Origin: an uncultured Woeseiaceae bacterium
GTDB lineage: Bacteria; Acidobacteriota; Vicinamibacteria; Vicinamibacterales; UBA823
DNA length: 64,000 bases
Assembly: GCA_964569695.1 (NCBI GenBank)
Contig: CAZMUA010000005.1
Location: 18,904 to 82,903 of the forward strand
Direction of reading: 5' to 3'
Below, in pieces: positions 24,403-32,392 of the stretch. Position numbers and translations under genes: made by a program. A model generated the notes under the pieces. It was given only the letters and a program-made list of their open reading frames with translations, did no database searches and was not told where the DNA came from. Each line of letters begins with the position of its first letter. Positions within the stretch are counted from its first letter, which is position 1.

Positions 24403-25341
24403 TTAGTTGGTTGACAAGGTTGCCACTGGCATCACGAATTGTGATGGATTGAGTGGACGACCGTCGGCCCAGACTTCATAGTGTAAATGAGACCCTGTCG
24501 AGCGTCCGGTGGAACCCACGTAACCGATTACATCACCTCGGTTGACCTGTGTGCCTGGTCGAACTGCGAAGCGAGTCAAGTGCCCATACCGCGTAGTAAT
24601 TCCAAAGCCGTGTCGAATAACAATCAAGTTGCCAAGCTTCCCGTTCCGTCTTGCTGATTCGACCTTTCCTGAAGCTGTAGCAAGAATTGGTCGACCATGT
24701 TGCGTGGAAATATCCATCGCCCTATGAAATGTTCTCGCTCCGGTGAACGGATCTTTCCTGTAACCGAAAACACTGCTGACCCAGCCGTCTGTTGGCCAAA
24801 TCGAAGGTGTAGCATTGGCTAACGCTGCACGTTGATCAATGCCGTGACTAATACCGTCTAGCCGTCCACGTAAGTCACCAAGAAGGTTGTCTAGTAAACT
24901 AAAGGTGCTGTGGGGAGATGTCAGGGCGGCGCTGTATAACGGATTTGCAGGTCCAGTCGCTTGGCTCGAACCGCCACCCACTACCCGAACTTTAAGTGCC
25001 GTAGGTAGGGCCTCCATAGCTCGAAGGGAACTGGCATTTAAAATGGCTCGCTCATCAATATCAGCAACAACAGTATGCAGAGACCCTATCTCTGATGCGA
25101 GTTGTCTTGTCGCCTGGCGAAATCCTGAGTTTTCTATCTCAAGTGTGACCAAGCTCGTTCGAAGATTTTCGATTTCGGTTGATGCTGTCCATCGATAGCC
25201 TACCCCCAGAAGGATAGGTGTCCCAATGATGGCGATTAAAAGCACGACCGCCGAGTGCAGCTTCACTGTGAAACGATAGAGCGCTCCTTCGGATCTTTCG
25301 GCGATGACGACGGTATATCGCTGATTGAATATTGGCATCAC
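24403..25341 (-). CDS. M23-family metallopeptidase (membrane-anchored, coiled-coil N-terminal part)
   Basis: 312 aa with an N-terminal TM segment and the LytM motifs 'HRAMDI' (HxxxD) and 'GSTGRSTGSHLHYEV' (HxH). Confidence 0.88.
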   Translation of the reverse strand: MMPIFNQRYTVVIAERSEGALYRFTVKLHSAVVLLIAIIGTPILLGVGYRWTASTEIENLRTSLVTLEIENSGFRQATRQLASEIGSLHTVVADIDERAILNASSLRAMEALPTALKVRVVGGGSSQATGPANPLYSAALTSPHSTFSLLDNLLGDLRGRLDGISHGIDQRAALANATPSIWPTDGWVSSVFGYRKDPFTGARTFHRAMDISTQHGRPILATASGKVESARRNGKLGNLIVIRHGFGITTRYGHLTRFAVRPGTQVNRGDVIGYVGSTGRSTGSHLHYEVWADGRPLNPSQFVMPVATLSTN

Positions 25342-25575
25342 AACAAATGGTATTTTTTAAATGCTATCGTCGAAAAATCTTAAAAATCACTCAAAAATTT
25401 AACATATTCAGAGGTCAAGTGGAAGCATAGCTTCTTAGAAGGCAAAAATAAAGCGAAAATAATCTTCTTTTCCAGTATTACCCACTGCTTTACATTCTTT
25501 CCCTGTTTATCGACGCTCTAACCTCTACAACTTTAGTACTTTTTAGTTCAATAGGAATTTGAGCAGAGTTACTTC

Positions 25576-27294
25576 TCAATCCTGTCGAATGAAGATTGAG
25601 TGCTCATTCGCAAGGTCATTGGCTGCTGGTGTCACTATGGTTTTTGCGTTAATGCTGATTTTCTGTCCTTCCTTGACCGCTAAGCGGACGTCTTGTTCGC
25701 AGACAAATGGTACGGGGGTCAGTTCGATTCCAGCGGGTGAGGGGTTTTGAACCGTCTGAGGATTTGTGGGTTTCAAGGATTGATGGTCTTCCCTGACAAG
25801 AGGACCGTATCCTCTCGTGGCAAGAAATTGATCGATACGGTTGCTCAGTTTCAAACTACCTCCTGCCTGTGCAACTGGGATCGGTTGAATTCGAGAATCT
25901 TCAACGATTGGCGTGGTAGTGATCTTTGCATGTGCAGAAGTGGTTTCATAAGCCAAGCGTTTAATATTCAGTAAATGAATTGGAGAAATGTTGTCAGAAG
26001 TGATATTACCACCGTAGCCACCACATCCTAAGGTCATGGCCGGATCAAGTCCCGTGCTAAGGCCGGTCGAACCGTGTGTCGTCGGTGTATTGACGACAAT
26101 TCTGAAGGCAGGTTTCTTGAGACCGAACTGCAGGATAATTTCGTCGTTTTGTGAGTGAATTGACATCGTGTGGCCCATGCCACCGTAGGCTAGAATTTGG
26201 TTGCATCGTTCACACGCCTCTCTCCAGTCTCGAACGACATAGAAGGAAAGGACTGGGCATAGTTTCTCAATTGAGAGCGGATAGTCTCGGCCGACGCCCT
26301 CAAGAGGAGCAATCAGTATTCGAGTCCCATCAGGCACGTCGATGTTGGCAGCCTTTGCTATCTGAGTCGCCGATTTTCCGACAAGGTTTGGATTTGGAAG
26401 GCGCTGGGTGGAAATCAAGGTGCTACTTAAGGCACTTATTTGGCTGGGTGTTAAAAAATAACCACCTTGTGATTTAAATTCTTCTTTCACTGTATTTGCA
26501 ATACTGTGGTCGGTCACCACTGAATTTTCTGCTGAACAGAGCACTCCATTGTCGAATGTTTTACCTAGTGTGATATCTCGGACGGCCTTCGGAATGTCCG
26601 CTGAGCTTTCAATGTAGGCGGGGGCGTTACCTGGACCAACGCCGTAAGCAGGTTTGCCCGCGCTGTAGGCAGCACGCACGAGCCCCATCCCTCCAGTCGC
26701 GAGGATGACAGCGACGTCTCGATGCTTCATTAATTCTTGTGTGCCTTCGATTGTCACAGTTCGCATGACATTAATGGCATCGTCCGGAGCACCCGCGTCA
26801 TGAGCCGCTTTTGCCATGTGTTCAGCTATGTCGGTGATGCAGTGGACCGCTGCCGGATGTGGACTTAACACGACAGCGCAACGGGCTTTCATTGCGATCA
26901 GAAGTTTATAGATTGTTGTGGACGTTGGATTCGTAGAGGGAATGACTGCTGCCACAACACCAAAGGGCTCAGCGATTTCAATGACTTTTTGCTTTTCGAG
27001 TCGCCGAATCACACCGACGGTTCGGAGTGGCCGAATAAAACTATGTATCCGGACTGCCGCGAAAAGATTTTTTTGCAGTTTGTCAGCTACCACCCCGTAA
27101 CCAGTTTCATCGACAGCAGCCTTTGCCGAATCTTCTGCGTGATGCGCAGCTGTTGAAGCCATAGCGTCAACTATGGTATCGATCCGTTCCTGAGACAGCT
27201 CAGCGAGTTTTATCTGTGCCTGCTTAGCACGATGTGCCAACACTCGAGCCTCTTGGATCGAGGTTAGATCGCGATCTTTTGTCGCCTCCGCCAT
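25576..27294 (-). CDS. CoA-acylating aldehyde dehydrogenase (EutE/PduP/AdhE-N family) with an approximately 115-aa C-terminal extension
   Basis: 572 aa with 'IPSTNPTST', 'VGPGNAPAYI' and the catalytic 'FDNGVLCSAENS'. The ALDH fold ends near residue 455 and a long tail follows. Confidence 0.85.
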   Translation of the reverse strand: MAEATKDRDLTSIQEARVLAHRAKQAQIKLAELSQERIDTIVDAMASTAAHHAEDSAKAAVDETGYGVVADKLQKNLFAAVRIHSFIRPLRTVGVIRRLEKQKVIEIAEPFGVVAAVIPSTNPTSTTIYKLLIAMKARCAVVLSPHPAAVHCITDIAEHMAKAAHDAGAPDDAINVMRTVTIEGTQELMKHRDVAVILATGGMGLVRAAYSAGKPAYGVGPGNAPAYIESSADIPKAVRDITLGKTFDNGVLCSAENSVVTDHSIANTVKEEFKSQGGYFLTPSQISALSSTLISTQRLPNPNLVGKSATQIAKAANIDVPDGTRILIAPLEGVGRDYPLSIEKLCPVLSFYVVRDWREACERCNQILAYGGMGHTMSIHSQNDEIILQFGLKKPAFRIVVNTPTTHGSTGLSTGLDPAMTLGCGGYGGNITSDNISPIHLLNIKRLAYETTSAHAKITTTPIVEDSRIQPIPVAQAGGSLKLSNRIDQFLATRGYGPLVREDHQSLKPTNPQTVQNPSPAGIELTPVPFVCEQDVRLAVKEGQKISINAKTIVTPAANDLANEHSIFIRQD

Positions 27295-27380
27295 CGATCG
27301 TCCTTAGGCTCAAACAAACGTCTGGGTTATCGTTACTCGGCGCGTTATCCCCAGTTGCTGATATTAGTTACTATCAGCGG

Positions 27381-27665
27381 CTATTTTGTCGGGGACTTAG
27401 GTAGATATTTTTCAACTTCGTTGTGTGGGCGAGGAATGACGTGCACCGAAACAAGTTCGCCAACTCGTCTTGCTGCTGCTGCTCCGGCATCCGTCGCGGC
27501 TTTAACGGCTCCGACATCGCCGCGCACCATGACGGTCACATATCCAGCACCAATGTACTCTTTGCCGATCAAGATGACATTCGCTGCCTTGACCATGGCG
27601 TCAGCGGCTTCGATCGATCCCACAAGTCCTTTGGTTTCGATTAAGCCGAGCGCTTCCATTGGCAT
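27381..27665 (-). CDS. bacterial microcompartment shell protein, BMC-H (Pfam00936, PduA/EutM-like)
   Basis: 94 aa counted from the Met at 27665, which follows SD AGGAGG. Sequence '[61 protein letters not shown]...'. The longest ORF (to 27773) adds an implausible leader. Confidence 0.92.
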   Translation of the reverse strand: MPMEALGLIETKGLVGSIEAADAMVKAANVILIGKEYIGAGYVTVMVRGDVGAVKAATDAGAAAARRVGELVSVHVIPRPHNEVEKYLPKSPTK

Positions 27666-27845
27666 TGCCGTCCTCCTATAGGAAATAAGTGTGTTTAGAA
27701 TGCTTCTAGCCGCAATGTGATGCGAATGTAGCACATCGCCTGCCATACGACAACTACCAAGGGTCTGAAACACAGTAGTTTTGAGGGCTTTTAACGCTTT
27801 GAATTCTGTGTAAATTTAAGGTTCTTCGGTTGTGACGTGCGTTCG

Positions 27846-29588
27846 TCAGAGGCTTCGCTTACTCCAACCTTGCTTGGATAGATTTCTGTTAATTATGACG
27901 GCTGCAATAGTCGCTACAATAGCATACGGTGTTGCCGCGATGACCGAGGTAAGGAGAATCGTGCCCACGCCGAAAAGTGTCGCGTAAACGAGTATCCATC
28001 CCGCTATCCAGTTAATTAGCATTGGTGTAATCGGCTCGGGTGCAGGAAGATGTGCCGCGTCAGTTATGTGCCGCCAGCCTGGTCCATTAGGCTGTACCCG
28101 TCTATAGAATGCTGTTAGATGGGATAAAGGTTCTGGTTGCGTCAGATACGTGACCAACAGCCAGCACGCTGTGGTCCAGGTGACCAAGTAAAACAAGCTG
28201 TTCGGAAAGACAATATTTGTAAATAGTTTTAAGTATGCGAAACCGATTGCCGGTGCTACCATCGCGGCAACTTCTGACCAGGCGTTTACCCGCCACCAAT
28301 ACCACCGGAGAATCAGCACTAAACCAATTCCGGCGCCAGACTCTAGAATAAATTCCCAGGCCTGGCGAATGCTTTCAAGATAGAAGGTCACTATGCCTCC
28401 CAGTATCATCAATAACAGGGTGGTGAGCCTCGATGCTCGAACGTAATGCGCCTCTGAAGCATTGGATTTGATGAATCGCCGATAGAAATCATTGATCACG
28501 TAGGAGCAACCCCAATTGAGTTGAGTGCCGATCGTTGACATATAGGCCGCAAAGAAACCAGCAAGTATCAAGCCGCGCCACCCAGGAGGCACGTGATCAC
28601 GAATCACCATTACGTACCCAGCTTCGCGGTCAATGATGTCCGGATACAGCACGAGTGATGCCAGTCCTACAAGAATCCACGGCCACGGACGTAGGCAGTA
28701 GTGGGCGACTGTAAACCAAAGTGTGGCGATGAGGGAGTGGCGTTCGTTTTGCGTTGACATCATGCGCTGCGCAACGTAGCCACCACCGCCAGGTTCTGAA
28801 CCTGGATACCAACTTGCCCACCATTGAACACCAAGGAAAGCAATGAAAGATGCTAGCGGTAAGGCGATAGTCTGTGCAGCGTCTACGCCATTTGTTCCGA
28901 TCGTAGGAAGGAATCTAAATGTAGATTCTGGAAGAGCTGCTTGGAGACCATCGATTCCACCCACCTCTGGCAATCGCAAGGCGAACCAGGCAAGGGCAAT
29001 TGTGCATAGCATTGCCAATGTAAATTGGATGAAGTCTGTAACAACGACTCCCCATAGTCCTGACAGAGAAGTGTAGATGCCGGTGAATGCTAAACTCACA
29101 AGCACGGCAGTCAGTCGGTCCCATCCGAGCGTGACTAGAAGGATTTTCGCCATAGCGAGATTAACCCAGCCCATGATGAGAAAGTTGACTGGTAGTCCTA
29201 GGTACAATGCTCGAAAGCCTCTAAGAAAAGCTGCTGCTCGACCCGTATAACGAAGTTCTGCGAATTCAACATCTGTAACGATGCCGGCGCGTCGCCATAG
29301 TCTTGCGAAAAAGAAAACGGCAAGGGTGCTGCCTAATGCTGCGTTCCACCATATCCAATTACCAGCAATTCCATCTCGAGCCACAATTCCTGAGACAGCC
29401 AATGGAGTATCTGCAGCAAACGTTGTAGCCACCATGGAAGTTCCTGCGAGCCACCACGGTAACGATCGACCTGAAAGAAAGAACTGCCCGACATCAGTGC
29501 TGGCACGCCGATAGTAGGCGAATCCGACGGCCAGTATCACAAAGAAATACAGAGTAATAATGAGCCAGTCGAGGTTTGTAAGTGCCAT
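27846..29588 (-). CDS. sodium:solute symporter (SSS) family transporter
   Basis: 580 aa with about 14 TM segments and an SSS-like layout. Substrate unknown. Confidence 0.8.
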   Translation of the reverse strand: MALTNLDWLIITLYFFVILAVGFAYYRRASTDVGQFFLSGRSLPWWLAGTSMVATTFAADTPLAVSGIVARDGIAGNWIWWNAALGSTLAVFFFARLWRRAGIVTDVEFAELRYTGRAAAFLRGFRALYLGLPVNFLIMGWVNLAMAKILLVTLGWDRLTAVLVSLAFTGIYTSLSGLWGVVVTDFIQFTLAMLCTIALAWFALRLPEVGGIDGLQAALPESTFRFLPTIGTNGVDAAQTIALPLASFIAFLGVQWWASWYPGSEPGGGGYVAQRMMSTQNERHSLIATLWFTVAHYCLRPWPWILVGLASLVLYPDIIDREAGYVMVIRDHVPPGWRGLILAGFFAAYMSTIGTQLNWGCSYVINDFYRRFIKSNASEAHYVRASRLTTLLLMILGGIVTFYLESIRQAWEFILESGAGIGLVLILRWYWWRVNAWSEVAAMVAPAIGFAYLKLFTNIVFPNSLFYLVTWTTACWLLVTYLTQPEPLSHLTAFYRRVQPNGPGWRHITDAAHLPAPEPITPMLINWIAGWILVYATLFGVGTILLTSVIAATPYAIVATIAAVIINRNLSKQGWSKRSL

Positions 29589-29598
29589 GGTTTCTTGA

Positions 29599-30660
29599 TC
29601 AATCCGTTAGCGAAGCCTCAATTACGGCGTCATGCAACAGGGGTCGTATCGTTTGGATGGCTGTGTGATCGTTGTTCGTGGTCGGGTAAAGGCGATTCGC
29701 GAGTAGGACGATGTAAAGATCAATTGAAGGATCGATCCAGAGCGATGTACCGGTAAATCCGGTGTGGCCAATAGAGGAGGGAGACATTCGGGTTCCGCAG
29801 GACGAGGTCGGAAGCATCCTATCCCAGCCGAGGGCGCGCGAACTGTTTGGCGCCCCACTCCGGGTAGTGAATGCCCGAACCGTTTCGGTTCGCCCAAACA
29901 CTGTTTCAGATTCATATCCTTGAAGCATGAGGCGGGCGAATTTGCCTACAGCCGTTGCAGAACCGAACAATCCAGAATGTCCTGCAGCACTGCCTAGCGC
30001 CCAAGCGTTGTCATCGTGAACTTCTGCATGTAGAAGTCGATTTCTCCACTGGCTGAATCCGCTTGGAGCGATCCGACTTCGCCAAGTGTCTGGTGGATCG
30101 TAACGTAGGTCGTTAAGGTTTGCCCGTTTGGTGAAGGCCTTAAATTGATCTGCGAGGCTTTGGCCTCCGACATCTTCAATAAGAAAGCCGAGAAGCATAA
30201 AACCCAAATCGCTGTAGATGGACTGCGACCGAGGAACGTATTCGAGTGGCAAATCGCAAATGGCTTCCTCAAATTCCTGTCGTCCTGTACAGGTGTGGTA
30301 GAGAGGTTGGTGGGCTGATAATCCACTTGAATGATCCATCAGGTCACTGATCGTAACGGTGTTTCGATCGTTGTTAGTCCACCTGGGTAGTCGTAACGAA
30401 ACTGGTTCATTTGTATGGATCTTGCTGGCTTCTTGGAGGCCCATAAGGAGGGTCGTGGTGGCTAAGACCTTTGTTAAAGAAGCCAAATCAAAAATTGTTT
30501 CTGAATCGGTTGTCGGAGTATCTGTGTCATAGGTCGAATGACCGAATGCTTCGTGCCAGAGAATCGTTTCAGCAGTTCCCACTTCAATTACTGCAGCTGG
30601 AAATGCTTTCATACGTACGCCGTCGTTCAAGATGGACCGTGCTCGGTCGAATCTATTCAT
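29599..30660 (-). CDS. serine hydrolase of the beta-lactamase/PBP (class C-like) family
   Basis: 353 aa with SxxK 'DLASLTKV', 'IYSDLGF' and '[15 protein letters not shown]'. No signal peptide is evident. Its start overlaps the upstream SSS gene by 4 nt. Confidence 0.82.
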   Translation of the reverse strand: MNRFDRARSILNDGVRMKAFPAAVIEVGTAETILWHEAFGHSTYDTDTPTTDSETIFDLASLTKVLATTTLLMGLQEASKIHTNEPVSLRLPRWTNNDRNTVTISDLMDHSSGLSAHQPLYHTCTGRQEFEEAICDLPLEYVPRSQSIYSDLGFMLLGFLIEDVGGQSLADQFKAFTKRANLNDLRYDPPDTWRSRIAPSGFSQWRNRLLHAEVHDDNAWALGSAAGHSGLFGSATAVGKFARLMLQGYESETVFGRTETVRAFTTRSGAPNSSRALGWDRMLPTSSCGTRMSPSSIGHTGFTGTSLWIDPSIDLYIVLLANRLYPTTNNDHTAIQTIRPLLHDAVIEASLTD

Positions 30661-32198
30661 ACAGAATTTTCACCTGATAGGTTTCGTCGGTCGTAATTGC
30701 CTAGCATTAGGCCTGACATCCATCCAATTATGAGCGTGGTAATCGACCCTATCAAAACGTACCACTGCCAGGAAATCGCTGTGAAGCTCCACACCGCAAT
30801 CATGATGGAAACGCCAGAGGAAATTCCTAGAGCAGCGGCTCTTTGACCAACTTGGGTGAAAGTCCCAAGAAAAAATATGCCAAGAATGATGCCATTCGTG
30901 AATGACGCGACTCCAAGTACTTCGTCAATGATGCGGCTAGACAACTGAATGGCTAGCAAAGCGACACTGACCTGAGCGGAAGCCCAGAAAACGGTGGTCC
31001 AGCGCGAGACACGGAGATAGTGGCTCGCATCACGGAGATGTTTTGTGAATGGAATGTAGAAGTCTCCTAGTGTTGCAGCAGATGAAGAGTTAAGCGACGA
31101 AGACAATGTTGACATTGCTGCTGCGAAAATTGCGGCTACGACCAGTCCGACGACTCCGTTTGGTAAATGGGTCACAATAAAGTACGGGAAGATACGGTCA
31201 GTCTGCACTTCTCCGTTGACGGTAAAAGCTGTTACATCATGCGGGGCGTAGGTTAAATAGTAATACCAGAGCATTACACCAATTAGTAAGAACAGCACAA
31301 ATTGACTCGCAATCAATAGTCCACTTCCAAGAAGAGCTGTTCTAGCCTGCTTTGAGTTTTTGCAACAAAGGTACCTTTGCACGATTAGTTGATCGGTTCC
31401 ATGTGTAGCCATGGTCAAGAAGGCACCGCCGATTAATCCGGACCAGAACGTATAATCTTGAGTTGCAGTTACAGTAAAGTCGAAAAGTTGAAATTTACCC
31501 GCGGCTGACGCAGCTGTAGATATTTCAGTCCAGCCTCCTGGAAATTGGTTTAAGAGAATTGTCGCTGCGAGCCCAGCACCCGCGAGATAGAGTCCTAGCT
31601 GAACGACGTCGGTCCATATAACAGCGGACATTCCTCCTAGAACCGTGTAGATCACCGTGATACTTCCGATTATCAGGATCGACAAAATCAAAAGACTCAC
31701 ATTTGGTTCAAGTGTTGGTAGCCAAGAATGCAGTGTCGTTACGACGCCAGGTGTTACCAAAAATAGGGTGGTCAAAACCAAGCCCGTTGCAAATAATCTA
31801 AGGCCGTCCGCAACGGTTCTGGTCAGTAGAAACAGTAAAGAGGTAAACCTTCTGACGCTGTCACCAAATCGATTTCCAAGTATCTCGTAGACGCTGACTA
31901 GATCTCCGCGGAAGTAGGCTGGTATAAATATCACCGTAACAGCAATGCGACCCACTAAGTAACCAAAGACTAGTTGAAGAAATGAAAAATTTCCTGAGTA
32001 AGCAAGGCCAGGCACACTAATAACGCTTACAGTGCTCGTCTCAGTAGCGACAATTGAACCCATGACGGCCCACCAGGGTATGTTTTTCCCAGTTGTAAAG
32101 TAGTCGCGAACGTTCCTTTGTGATCGGGAAAAATACGCACCGAACAATAAAACACAAAGTAGGTAGACGGTGAGAACTACAAAGTCTAATACGCGCAT
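30657..32198 (-). CDS. sodium:solute symporter (SSS) family transporter
   Basis: 513 aa with about 13 TM segments and an SSS-like layout. Substrate unknown. Confidence 0.8.
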   Translation of the reverse strand: MRVLDFVVLTVYLLCVLLFGAYFSRSQRNVRDYFTTGKNIPWWAVMGSIVATETSTVSVISVPGLAYSGNFSFLQLVFGYLVGRIAVTVIFIPAYFRGDLVSVYEILGNRFGDSVRRFTSLLFLLTRTVADGLRLFATGLVLTTLFLVTPGVVTTLHSWLPTLEPNVSLLILSILIIGSITVIYTVLGGMSAVIWTDVVQLGLYLAGAGLAATILLNQFPGGWTEISTAASAAGKFQLFDFTVTATQDYTFWSGLIGGAFLTMATHGTDQLIVQRYLCCKNSKQARTALLGSGLLIASQFVLFLLIGVMLWYYYLTYAPHDVTAFTVNGEVQTDRIFPYFIVTHLPNGVVGLVVAAIFAAAMSTLSSSLNSSSAATLGDFYIPFTKHLRDASHYLRVSRWTTVFWASAQVSVALLAIQLSSRIIDEVLGVASFTNGIILGIFFLGTFTQVGQRAAALGISSGVSIMIAVWSFTAISWQWYVLIGSITTLIIGWMSGLMLGNYDRRNLSGENSV

Positions 32199-32244
32199 TT
32201 AGATGAAGTGAGTATTTCGAGCACTCCGATCATTTGAGTACTCA

Positions 32245-32320
32245 TATTCTATAAAAATTAATTGCCAGACAGTTTTAGGTTGCCAAAGGTGCATGCTACG
32301 CTTTGTATTCTATAGAAATT
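32245..32320. repeat. two copies of a 15-nt motif in the divergent SSS / PQQ-dehydrogenase control region
   Basis: TATTCTATAAAAATT (32245-32259) and TATTCTATAGAAATT (32306-32320) match at 14 of 15 positions. The second copy contains the perfect 10-bp palindrome TTCTATAGAA. Confidence 0.5.
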
Positions 32321-32392
32321 GCTGACAAGGAGATCGGAAGTAACGACAGTAAGCTAAACCCTAGTATTTACGATGCTTGGGCTAACAGTAAG

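Noticed and set aside
25342-25575. An AT-rich 234-nt gap between the AldDH and the M23 peptidase, which I checked for a tRNA, a small RNA or a small ORF.
   Set aside because: I found no cloverleaf-compatible sequence, no conserved ncRNA motif I recognise and no convincing SD plus ORF. It is most simply a terminator/promoter spacer.
32303-32392. A 30-codon N-terminal extension of the PQQ dehydrogenase (TTG start).
   Set aside because: It would bury the lipoprotein signal peptide, and the segment contains the repeated intergenic motif. The Met at 32393 is preferred, although its SD is weak.
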